64,000 nucleotides of DNA, from assembly GCA_043228905.1 (NCBI GenBank), contig JBHGNT010000016.1:6696001-6760000 (forward strand), written 5' to 3'. The notes under the pieces are model-generated. The model was not told the DNA's origin, ran no database searches, and saw only the letters and a list, made by a program, of their open reading frames with translations. The translations under genes and the position numbers were made by a program. Positions 40,477-52,959 of this stretch are shown piece by piece (position 1 is the first letter of the stretch; every line of letters begins with the position of its first letter). Source of the DNA: Azolla caroliniana. Lineage: Eukaryota > Plantae > Polypodiophyta.

Positions 40477-41195
40477 AAGTAACTCAAATGATTATGATGT
40501 TATAGGTTAAAGTTTCGTGTGAGGAACTTTGGTTTCTATGATCGGTCAAAGGAGGGCTTGACCCTTCGACCTTATGGAATGCAATACCCACGTCTAACGG
40601 AGCTATTGAGGAACAGACTACATAATTACATAATATAAACAAATTACCTAAAGTGGTTAAAGAATTTCATGTTGTGTTTATGCAAGTCCATGTTCTCTTT
40701 AGATTAGAATTTTTTGTAATCAAGTCCTATCACATAAATGGGTTAAAGTGTCGTACTAATCGTGCAAAGGTCACACATCCCAACATCTAGACTAAATTAT
40801 CATTGATGAAATTATGTGAGCTACCAGAATTGAATAAGAAATATACTAAAGACCTGTTGATAAGTATGTTGTCATGAAGCAAATTGATAGCTCATAGTAC
40901 ATGTTGTGGAAAAGAATAGGGACAATTCCTTAAATGTTGAGTATCAACCTCAAGAATATCAAGAAACTGCCTTTGTGGTCCCTAGGAGTCATGCTCTTTA
41001 ATTCAAACTCCTTGCATTAGAGCTTTCAACATTCCTCATTTGTCAGACCCTTCTTTTTGTGATAACCACATGTAAGTACTTGTTGCTTATAGTCATGATA
41101 ATTCGTGTGTGTCTTTCGTTTCCATCTAAATTTTGACAAATTAGATGTTAACGCCATTGGGTTTATTGTGGTCATTCTTTAATAAGGTAAATGTC

Positions 41196-41255
41196 AAGGC
41201 TACCTCAACTGGTTGGAACCTCATGCTAATAACATGAAAGTCACAAGTTCAAATT
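41196..41255 (+). pseudogene. Degenerate tRNA-Ile(AAT)-like relic (further copies at ~40723-40785 and ~42972-43030)
   Basis: ctcaactggttggaacctcatgctaataacatgaaagtcacaagttcaa compared with tRNA-Ile ctcagttggttagagcgtcgtgctaataacgcgaaggtcgcaggttcga. Confidence 0.55.
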
Positions 41256-42059
41256 TTATTTTTTTCCGAAACAATATTCTTCATTAGTATAAATTCTACA
41301 TACATGAGAAAATGGTTAGTCTGACAACATCATAAAAGTTGTGGCCATGATAGGCCAATAACAAACTCAGAGACTCAAAGTAGAAGACTACAAAGAGCGG
41401 TGGACACACATACATGACTCTTTTTCCCATCTCATATGATCATTGGCTAAGACCCAATGTTCATCCATCTTCTTCCATTCTCGCATGTTGATCAGCATAT
41501 AAATAAATGCTCATCACCATGGCTTCACAATATATTTGACCTTTATCTACCATGGTTGTATGACTGCAAGCATTTCCAACCGGATTTGCTAAAACTCCTT
41601 TTCTTCTCATCTATAGGAATTTTGTCAAACACTGCCTTTTGCTAATGCCACATTTCCAACAAGTTGGCTTTTTCAGAAAAGCTCTTTCCTCTCAGCATTG
41701 AAATGTATCTCCTCGCCCTTGTCTGTGGATCTAATGCACCCACAAGCTTTCAAAATGCATGCAGAAAACTCTGATATTCACATCCATGGACAAATCGTCT
41801 CTTTTGATTATTATGAGGGACGAAAAGTGGTGTTTGTGATGGTTGTTTGTGATGTCTCGATAGTTCTCTAATGTATCGCAATGCATTCTCACTTTGTATA
41901 TAGCCAAGTTCAACATTTGTTGGAGTACCCACCAACTCTGTGCTTGAGCTGAACTAATGTACACAATCTTTGCCAGGAAAAAGGGGTGCAGCCAACCAAA
42001 TGTCTAGAGTTGCATTGTAAGTTCTCGCATTCAGAAGCAATTCTGGTTATGTGTACCAT

Positions 42060-42204
42060 CTTATTACCACATATTCGAATTAAGCCGAAATCAACAATCT
42101 TTAAATCACAGTCTTCATTCACTAACAAATTGTCTGGCTTCAAATCTCAGTGAAGTACATTTGCTGAATGAATGTATTTTAATCGTCGGAGCAATTGGTA
42201 TAAA
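42060..42204 (-). pseudogene. MAP kinase catalytic-domain fragment
   Basis: [40 protein letters not shown]. The Arg of HRD is converted to TGA. Confidence 0.8.
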
Positions 42205-42269
42205 TTCTCTCACTACAAGAACATTCTCCTGATTTATGTGAGCAAGAATCTTACTTTCCTCAAGCATAT

Positions 42270-42825
42270 GAAAATACTAGTTCTCTACTAAAATCCACTC
42301 TCCTCAGACCCTCACTAAAATTTGCTTCTGCCTCTGCCACCATCTTCGCTCATCGTTGTATAAACGAAAAACACAAAATGTGCTTCAAATATTTCCACAT
42401 CAGCCATCTCTCCATTTTCCTTAAAATTCCTGCATAGACAACCAAGAAAAAATTAGTTGTCCTCATCCACTCATGACCTTTTGCTTCAACCCTCGAGAAC
42501 CTCCTCGCTCATCCTTACAAAAATAAATAGCTTCCTTTTCCATAACCTCCATCTTGCCCGTCACTGCCCGAGTCGTGTATCTCTCTATTTTCAACAATTT
42601 CCTGTACCTACAAAAAACAGAATTAATCCACTCTCCTCACCGTCATAAAACCTTGCTTCTACCTCCGCCACCATCTTCACTCATCATTCTGAAAACTGAA
42701 AATAACTAAAAATGCTTAGAAAACATCCACATCAACCCTCTCTCCATTTTGCATCAAAATCGTGTTGCCATTCATCACCCGAGTACTGTACCTACAAAAA
42801 ACCAGAATGAATCCACTCTCCTCAA
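42270..42825. repeat. Diverged units of the same tandem-repeat family as 1-5525
   Basis: ctgtacctacaaaaaa..agaat.aatccactctcctca...ccaccatcttcactcatc...ccacatca.ccctctc. Confidence 0.6.
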
Positions 42826-44532
42826 AAGTCACAAGTTCAAATTGATCTAATGTCTACAAAGTTTGATTGAAAGGCTAATCAAATTGATCTAATGTCTACA
42901 AAGTTTGATTGAAAGGATGATTTGTTTATGCAAGTTCATGTTCTCTTTACATTAGAATTCCTTATAATCAATGTTGCCTCAGTTGGTTAGAACCTAATGC
43001 TAATAACATGAAGGTTACAAGTCCAAATTGATCTAATGTCTACAAAGTTTGATTGAGAGAATGATTGATCTATTAGGAATATGGTTTTAGCAGAAGATCA
43101 AGGTGACAGAAAAGGCTAATGATCACTACTAGTTGGCCTTGAACCTCTAACCTTCTAGTTCACAAATATATGGCTTTTCTTAATAAAAGATATGCCATGG
43201 TATTATAAAATCATTATAAATACAAAAGTTGAGTTTGATAAATGAGCCCAGAGTGAGCACATGCACTCAGCACACATAATAAAGTTATCTTGTCAAGAGA
43301 TAAGCCCTCACTTTCCATGTGTTTGAGACACTTCAAGGCTTCATGTCCTTGTCCTTGTTGAGCATGGCCAACAATAAGGTTGATCAAGGAATCACATCTC
43401 GAAGATGAAGCTCTTCCAGTACTTTTCTTGCTTTCTCAAGCATACCACTACAAATATATGTTTTAACCAATTTACATATTGAAACAACAACAAAAAATGG
43501 CATTACATTTCATGGTACAAAAAGAAAAAAGAATGGCTTTCACAAGAGCACTCGCAATTGTCTTTAGTCTTGAAAATATGGATGATTTGGTTCTATTTTG
43601 TGAATGCTTTAGCGGCTTGCTCAATTACGGTCATCATGCTTTTTTTACTCTTAACAATGTGCCAATGTTATCCATTTCCACCGCAATATGTTTCTTATGT
43701 GATGAATACCATCGAGAGGCTTGCATCAAATTTATGGCTATATAAATCTAGTGATTGAAGAAATCGACTTTGCAAACTCTCAAGCCATTGGAAATGCACT
43801 CTAGTCATAATGTGGAAAACTAGTGTAGTCACCTCACTAGCTCATGAAGGTACCATGTTTGCTGCTTATCTTTGATTTTACCATGGACTTCAAATTGAAA
43901 ATGGAAAACATTTAGAACTTTGGTTATTACCTATGCACATGAACTAGTTTTTATATGTATGATTTAGTTAATAATGTGTGGCACTACTTAGTTAATAATG
44001 TATGATTTATTTTTAGTTACAAGGTCGTTGATGTCAAAGAAGGAAAGAAAAAAGCCTTAATATTTGATGATTAAGTTTACCCCAGCTTTGTTTGTTTAGT
44101 CATATAGTTGATTATTTTGAGACTGAGACTAAGATTGAGATTGTGGATGATACATACGTACGTACGTACTTACATTCGTCCGTCACTTCACTATTCCAAA
44201 CCTAAGTGATCCCACCTTGGTGCATAGATATATCCTCAAATCTAAGTGGCATTGCATGGTAATTAGGACGAACAGGATCTCTCTATATATGTGTGTGTGA
44301 GACAAACGGCTTATCAAGGCCCATTGAAAAGTAAATGACAATCTTAATAATAGTTAACTTTATAAGTTACAAGGAATGAAACCAATTGGCATACCTTATT
44401 TAATAACATCATTGACTTTAAAACACCACATATAACCACCCACTCACCAAATACATTCACAATCACACATGGCTATTTGGGAACCATCTCCATTGACCAA
44501 TGGGAAGCCTCCACGTCATCGACTCCCCTTGA

Positions 44533-45812
44533 TCATGAGGCCCTAGACAGAAAAGAGAATGGCCAGGTTTCATTGTTGCAGCTCTCAATGGGGCAGAGCA
44601 TGGCCTCTCCCTCGGGGAGCGGCACCGGCGGCGCGAGCTTCCCGGGATTTAGCGCCCCGAGCTCCTCGATCCTATACCCTTTGTCCGCATACACACACGG
44701 TGTCGCCCAAAACCTCCGGTAGCTGACCGACACTCGGCCGGCCGGATTGTCCCCACCGCCTGCCACGGGACACCCGAGCGGGGCAATGCGGACCAATGCC
44801 TTCTCCAGAGGCCTCGGCGGGAGGAACCACCCCGTGAGAAACCCTTGGTACACTCTCAATGCCCCGTGCACCGCCCAACGGAGCCATCCCGGCTGCTTCG
44901 GGTACCCGATTGCGTCCCGCATCCGGTCGTCCATCAACGCATACACGAGCCGCCTAGCGAGCGGACGAAGCACGAGTGGGAAATCGTCGAGGAACACCTT
45001 CATGGTCGCCTCGCTCACGTCGCGGTTCGAATCCGAGTACACCATGTGCCGGGCCTCGTAGCTCTCCATATACTCGGCCGTGTCGGCCATCGTTTCCGGA
45101 ATGTTCCGGATGCCCATCCGCAACCCGATGTCATGCCAGGCATGGAAGTAGGCTGCCTTCTCTTTGGCCGTCCATTCGCGGTACCCATACCTATAACATA
45201 ACCGCCCACCCCGGCCATACTCAAACATGATGGCAATTTTAGCATTGCCCCAAGAGCATGAGAGACAACACCCCACAATTGGATGGATCTCAACACAATC
45301 ATGTTAGTTCTAACATTATACATATAGAAAATGACTTACCGCGCCGCCCATTTTATTGGGTACAAGATAAAGAGGCAGAGAACGTAGACGAAGTCGGCAT
45401 TCGATATGGACGGGTGGAGGCCGTGGAGGTAGTTCATCCGGCGGACGGCGGCCGAGCCACGCGGGCTGTCCACGTGGTGGAGGAGGAACTCGCGCACCAA
45501 GAGGTCGGTGTCGTCGTACCGCTTCCCGGGGTCGGCATGGAACTGGGCCGAGGCACGCAAGATGCGAGACATGGAGGGGAAACAAAAGGTTCGGAAGAGC
45601 GCGAAGTCGATCGAGGCCACAGAGAGGAGCGGGAATTCGACATAGAGAGTGTGCGTGATGATGGCGTGCCGGTCCCGTTGCTCGTCTAGCGCCTCTACCA
45701 TCTTGTGCCGGAGCCGACGGAGCCTCCGGCATCGCCTTGTCCACCATGCCATGCTACATCCCACAAGGGTTGCCACCAAGCTCCCAACAAGGGTATTAAA
45801 GGGTAGACTCAT
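44533..45812 (-). CDS. ER-bound oxygenase MpaB/rubber-oxygenase (DUF2236)-family protein, paralog B. Exons 45812-45340 and 45190-44533, 376 aa.
   Basis: Same motifs (KRYDDT, RMNYLHG, YGYREW, IGLRMGI) and same phase-2 intron position (149 bp) as paralog A. Confidence 0.85.
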
Positions 45813-48800
45813 CTCTTGATCTAATTGAGCTCTCCTAACATCTCCTTCTCTTTTATTTTCATCACTATGGCAATAACTTTGGTAGCAACCTTTTTTTATA
45901 GGGACCTATGACATTATTATAATAGATACTCATTGATATAAATTTATAATCTATATAATGAATATATCCAAGTTCCTCATAATTTCTACATTCTATGTAA
46001 TATTCAAATTCCCCATGATTACCCTAAGAAGAACCATTCGTTTTCAAAGTTCCGATGGCAAATTTCTCGTAAATTCTTGTAACCGTAGTTGTGGATTGAT
46101 TAATTTCATCCCCAAGCACAATGCATTAAATATGATAAGGACTCACTTTTTTAACGTCGCAAGAATAAAAAACGATTTCATCGACACAATGTCAATGCTT
46201 AGCTCTTCATTTGAGATCCAATAACATGCGTCATGTGAATGAGTCTCGAGATGGCTTTAAACTTCAAAGTCTAGAACGTTCGTAGAAAATAGCAAGCTGA
46301 GAGAGAGAGAGAGAGAGAGAACTAAGAAGTGTTGTAACTAAGTGGATTTTACATACAATTAATATAATTGTATGCTTTTAGCAAAAAAAAAAGGAAGAGA
46401 GAACTTGCAAGATTTTATATCCCCAAAATTGGACATACTATCCCACCAAAAACCTCTCCATGCATTTATATCATGCCTTACCAATTAGGGCGTTAGGATA
46501 GGCCCCAATTAGTAAGGCATGATGTAGATGTTGGAAAACTTGACAATCTTGTAACTTCCCACTAGAGACTAACAATTAATGCTCAGAGGAAAAGACCGTC
46601 CTCTACCTCCTTAGCATATTGCATATCCTAGCTTTGATTTTTCTAAATTATTTTGGAATCAAGTTCTGATTTGGGGTTTTTCAAATACTTATCTTGTTTG
46701 AAGGGTTTTTTAAAAAAATCTTAAGAAATAATTTTAATGTGTTGTTAGGCTTGAAAAGCATAATAATAAGTGTTGTGTTATCTCTTTCAATGGAACAAAG
46801 TTTTGAAATGTTAAGAGTGATTACTACCAATTCCAAATTTGCAAACACACTTTTTATCATAAATAATAAGTACATGTCCTATTTCTAAGTCCATTATGCA
46901 ACAGAGACTTTAGCATTGCTCTAAGTGCATTCTCCATGGATCATAATGAATTGTATACACAATAGCCTAGCTTTATGTTAACTCAGTGGGATGTTATCAC
47001 ATTGGTTCTTCTAACTTAACTAAGTTTAATGACCATAAATGCCACCCCTTCTTTCTACTAATCAAGTGGTTTCTTTGTTTGACCATGAATAGTTATACCT
47101 AGTATTTGCACTACTTTTTCTTGAATTAATTCAATAGATGGATATGAGTCCCTTACATTGTCATAAGATTTGCTTGATGCATCTAATCCATATGTGAGAA
47201 TTTACCTTCCACTTTTTTACCTCCCCAATAAACTAATATGCCTATTTTGTAAACCATAATAATTGGATTCCTTCATGTCACTCTAATCCAAAAAAAGGCA
47301 GGGTCGGGATCCTATTTAAGAATGTTCATTGTTTTATTTGTTTGGTAAACCATAATAGTAAGTCCATTGTTTTATGTGCTTTAGAGAAATTAGATCATAA
47401 TAACGTCATTATGGCCTTCACAATCTTATATAATCCAAGGTGATGCAAATTGATAAATTACAACTAATAAAAAAACGACAAAGCCTATGTATCCTTTTAC
47501 GACAATAATTTTCAGTATTGATAGTAAGTTATCTTTAACATTTGCTTAGTCAAATTTCACTTCCTACAAATTTGTGGATGATGTAGTTGACTTCCTGAAT
47601 GCAAGGGAATTTATTATGTACTTATCTTGTAAAGTAGAAAAAAGGTACTTCAATAATTATGGCATAAGCTCATTTTGGTTTTGATGGTACTAAATTTATG
47701 TAAAAGAAAAAAAAGTAGATATTATACAAATGGGGTTTACAACTTACACTCTCATCCTTTATAGTGCATGTCTTACACCCATATGTGCTTTATGAGTTTC
47801 ATTGTTTTAATCCTCTTGAAACTTATAAGTTATACCTATAGGCTATAACCAATTTCCTTTTTTATTCAATTGGATATGTCTTTATGTAAGAAAGAGTGGA
47901 ATTTGGACCTATCCATGATTTAGTAGATGCACTAATGACCTTATTCATGAATCATAATCTTCATTAGTTGTTATGATACCATTGCTTCCATTTTCCATCA
48001 AAAGTTGTACTAGCATTGCATATCATTACTACACCAACACAACAAATAATGCCACCTGATGTTGAGAATGATTTATTTACCCCATGTGATCCACTCTCTC
48101 TAAGAATCCTTGGTAACGTCTACACTACGATTATCCATCAATAAACGAGAAGAAATCACCATTCAATTACTTGGAGAGGAACATCTTTATGGCCCAATCT
48201 TGTGAGTACATCCAATATTCATGTCGTTCTTGTATGTCTACAATGTAATCCACATCTCGTACGATATCTATACCCTTCAACATTTCCTCGACTTTGCCAT
48301 CAAGAACTTTTCTTGCAAAGCAACCTACAAAAGTGAAATCATGTAATGTTAAATAACATTGTTTTAAATTAAATACCCATGGATCTATCTATTTGCATTA
48401 TGTAAAAAGGAAACCACGATATGGTCAACTTATAGGCTTCAACTGTATTGGTGTCTATATCAAATTCTAGGTATTGTACCTAATATGGCAAACCATTGTC
48501 TTTCATTTCTACGAAGTTACCGTGAGAAAATGGATGAAAGCAAGCTACGACGTAATTAATGCATAAAAAAGTCACATTTCTAGACACTCCTTGATAAACA
48601 TTAGAACATCCCAACCCCACCTTGTCACTCCCACAATTTCTTGAGTGCAATGTGTATTGACATTCATGAAAAACACAACTATGATCTAGCGATTGATAGT
48701 TGAAGGTGGAACCCTTGCTTGAAGAGGACAATATATATGCACACAAAGAAAGGAAAAGAGTGCTAGACTACCTTCGTATACAAATGACTTGAAGACTAAA

Positions 48801-48899
48801 GATTCACAAAGAAGCTAAAAAAGGCACAAAAATAACTTTTATATATCACTGACAAAAAATAACTTTTATTTAATCCTAGGTCTTGCACAACTTTAGATC

Positions 48900-49445
48900 T
48901 TCAAGCAACCACAATCTTTGATACTCCATTAGATTCGAGCATTGTTGAAACCATTTGTCATGATCTCAAGACATATGTCTTTGCTCAATACATCTTAGAT
49001 CATATTGATCTAACTCGTGCATCTTGTTCTTAGTTACAACATTTAGGCACGGATTATAAGCAATTCAAGTGGCATGATAGATTACTCTTCTTCAAAAAAA
49101 CCATTTATGTTCTTGATGATACACCATTGTCGTGATACATATATGGTTGGCCATTTTTGTATCAATAAGACCTTGGATTTGGTAACACGATCATTTTGGT
49201 GGCTGCATCTACGTAAATTTCTCGAAGATTATGTTCGTACATGTGATACATGTTGTAGAGCAAAGATGCCCTGACATCATTGTTATGGTTTATTGCCGTA
49301 GTTACCAACTCCGAGCAGGCCATGGCAATATATATCTTTAGATTTTATTATAGATCTTCCAAATTCTAAAGGATTCAATGCAATCTTATAAAATGGTTGA
49401 TCATTATACTAAAATGTCACATTTATTGCCATGCATTAAGGATAT
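48900..49445 (+). mobile_element. Decayed Gypsy integrase fragment (chromovirus/Tcn1-like)
   Basis: GHF..KTLDLVTRSFWW..YVRTCDTC.RAK...PTPSRPW..ISLDFIIDLP. Confidence 0.75.
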
Positions 49446-51247
49446 TGTTAACCTGCCGACAACCGACAACTATAGCTGACAGACACAATAGGTCGAACGT
49501 CTTTCTATTGAGAGTGTTCTATCAAGATGATTGTGGTGGAGAGAGTGGTTGGTTTACACTCATTCTACACTTAGAAATAGGTGTACAGAGATTAGTATTA
49601 CGATTAAACATACACTCTTGATTGACTATTAGATATAATATAATATGTACATAGCATAGACTAAATTTGAACATACGACATAACGACAGATAGAGAAAAT
49701 ACACAAAGTAGTTGACACAACAGATACTCTAACTACCAAAACTTATATTAATCAAACTAGACCAATATTGTTACAATGCTCTCAGTCCCTTTTTATAGGT
49801 GACCCAAGAGTCTCTCTCCAAGATTTACACTTGCCTTGTTCAGCAAGAACCTACAGTTATACAAAACCGTTCTATTTCCTAATACTACTCTAATTTTTTA
49901 TACTTGGCAAAATTATATTTCAAACTATATTTAAATTCTGTCCTTTCATATTCCTATGACTTCTGACTATTGTTCATACTTCTTCGACTCTGATGCCGAC
50001 TCCTTTTCACATTGGTCCGACTCTGCCCATTCGACTTCGGTAGCCAATCAGCTAACACATGGCATGCCCGTGGGACAATGCCTTGCACAATCGAGCCCCG
50101 CCCTCTACTCCCAGTCATCTTCCTCATCATTGTCGGCAATTTTTTCCTCCTCATACAGGTCATCGTCGTCAATGTCGTTTGCCTCCTCATTGAGTATGTC
50201 AAAAAGTGTCGGCTCTTCTTCAACTTGAACTTCAACAATTGGATTCAGTTGGTTGTCTGTGTTAAGCTTCTGCTCCGACCGCAATGTCGAATTTGCCTTA
50301 GCCTCCTCTAATCGGTAATTTGTGGCCAGATTCTTCGTGAGTTGGTCCATCGTCGCCATTTATGCCCAATTCTCTTGTCTACTGACAACGTTCCTTCTCA
50401 TAGGCGTAGAGTTGCATTGTCGTGGCTAGCTATTGGTCATCATATTCTTCCATTAGCTTGGTGATCTCCTCCCTGTGACTCGTTGAAAGCTCGTATATGT
50501 TTTTGGTGAGCTCTTCTCGGACTATGGCGATCACTGCTTCGTCCATTTTGAAGAAGCCTTGACCTTGCTTCTTTTTGTTCTCATGGTCGGCTCTTAATAA
50601 TTGTAATTTCGCAGCTTGGGCTGACCGTGTCTTCCAGCCTTTTTCTAGGTATTTGACAGTTTTGCTTCAAGTACCAACAACGCCAATCTCTTCTATTCAT
50701 ACCATAGTTGCTCATACTTCGTATTCATTTCCGACTTCTCTAGCTCGAGCTTAGCATTGTGTTCCGAATAATGCCAAATACCTAATCACGCGACTGTGCC
50801 ACCAAATTTGACCTAGAAATCGGCTCAACGCCTTTGCGTTTGTTCGTGGCGGCGCCTCAATTATTGCTTTTACCTTGACAGGGTCTACGGCAATTCCATC
50901 CTGACTCACAATATGCCCTAGCAACGTTCCACTTGTTAGCCCGAATGCACATTTCATTGGATTTAAGCTTAACCTTCCTTGTTGACACCTCTCCAAACAG
51001 AGTCGGAGATGTTCAAAATGGTCAGTTCTCCGACCATGCACTACAAAGTCATCTAGAAATACCTGCATAAATGCCGGTATGTAATCCAAAAATATTTCCA
51101 TGATCACTCTTTGAAATGTTGTTGTAGTTGTTTTAAGACCGAACATCATGACGACTACTACAAACATGCCCCATTCCGTAACAAAAGTTGTTTTCTCCTG
51201 GTCGTCGAGATGCATCCGAATCTAATTATATCCGTTGAATCTATTGA
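49446..51247 (-). mobile_element. Gypsy element fragment (RT plus downstream region), left flank of Sola-like copy 2
   Basis: EKTTFVTEWG..MMFGLK..VFLDDF..LLGHIVSQDGIAVDP..FLG. Continues at 61033 once the insertion is removed. Confidence 0.8.
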
Positions 51248-52091
51248 AACACGTTCGCGTTCACAAGTGGAAGGATTGCGCATTCCACTTGTAGAATCTT
51301 CTTGAAACTATCCAAATATACCCTCTCTACAAAAATTGGATGCACTAGTATCACATGTTCCACAACTTGATTAGAATTTGCAAATATAAAAATACATGAT
51401 AGGTCTATGAGTGGAGATCATTAGAAATCATGCAAGTTTGGACGTGTTGATAAGTTAATGTAGGCATAATAAAGCTCAACAATGGCTCAATATGTCACTA
51501 ATGTGCGACATGGGAAACATTAAGTAAAAACTTATATTAATTTGGTAAGTTTTACAAAAATATGAGGTGTACTTGTATCCATACTAATAAAATGAGTTAT
51601 AATTTATACTTTGACCCATACGTGCATGTATATAATTGTGGACAATGTAGGATAGTGCAATTTAGGATAATGTGATTGGAATAACTAACTTATTAAAGTA
51701 TTCAATACTTGTATTTAAAGTTGATCTAATCTATTCCTCAGCTTGTTCGTATGGGATCAAACCATATGTATATAATTGTGGACAATGTAAGGCAGTGAAC
51801 TTTAGGATAATGTCGTGGAAATAACAAACCTATTAAGGCTTTCATACTTGTATTTAAAATTGATCTACTCTATTGCTTAGGTGATTCACACAGGATCAAA
51901 CTCCGAACGATAACGCAAGTGGAACTACAAGCGTATAAAAACAATAGAAGACAAAGATCCATAATAACAACATGGACAGTCATGGCAACAATTGTACGAC
52001 CATGTTATGTTAAGGTTAGCTTGGACCAAAATCGGCCTCAATTTAAACTAATTCATGTTTCTCCATAAATTTGGTAGTTAGCTATGCAGGC

Positions 52092-52820
52092 TGTCGTAGT
52101 GTATTTCGTTCACTACGTGAAAAAGTAAAAATAATATAACCGATTTAATTACATATAAATAAATAAAATAAGAATATCAAAATATTTATCACGTGGATAG
52201 GGCAAGATTCGAACCCTATACCTCCACTTAGCCAAACCTCAACTCTACCATTATGCTACCTTATCTTTAGTGTTCTATAAATAGATTTAATAACTATAAG
52301 TTCTTTGTTTGCGCCTACCTTTATTAAAAGGTAAATCATGTATTTTTTAGAGTGCATGAATATTTTATAGAAAAACCCAAGCAACTAAAAAGTGACTCAT
52401 GCACATCTAGCGTGCATGAGCACTATATTTAGCAAATAAAAGCAAGGATTAGAAAAGCATCACATGCACATTTAGTGTTCATGAACATATTAGAAAAAAA
52501 AAGCATGTAGCTATGCTTAGTCTCTCCCATCACTATATAAGGATGGGGAGCACATTGTAGTTTGTTGTTGATTATTTTTCTATAATGATCAATCAATCTA
52601 AAATATTCGTGGGATTCACGAATATTGCCATCTAAATTACTCTTATAATCTAAATATTGTTTTAAATACACTAAACTCGTGGGATTCACGAGATTGCTAT
52701 CTTACTTCTCTTTCTACTATTCATAACTAGCGTTAAGTTGTATTCCTCTTCCTCCTAGTCCAAAACCTCGGCGGTTCCCACCCGACTCACGCAAACGATC
52801 CGGAGCCGAAAGGCACAACA
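52092..52820 (+). mobile_element. Solo LTR, same family as 34286-34612
   Basis: TGTCGTAGTGTATTTCG ... GAAAGGCACAACA, with TSD AGGC/ACGC. Confidence 0.85.
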
Positions 52821-52959
52821 ACGCAGTGAAACCAATGTCATAAGTCTACTAACCAAGTATATAAAAATAAAATTGAAACATATAGAAGATTATAAAGAAT
52901 AGAATCCACCAAGTAAAACCAAAAATTTGTATTAATAATGTGAAATCCAAACAAATCGT

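Noticed and set aside
40400-43170. Functional tRNA genes
   Set aside because: Stems and A/B boxes are too degraded, so they are reported only as relics.
44477-45747. Plus-strand ORFs overlapping paralog B (and 9288-10274 for paralog A)
   Set aside because: They are shadow ORFs of GC-rich coding exons.
51627-51900. ~139-bp direct repeat in the transposon left arm (also small duplications at ~8780-9050 and ~11052-11138)
   Set aside because: These are simple two-copy local duplications with no evidence of function.
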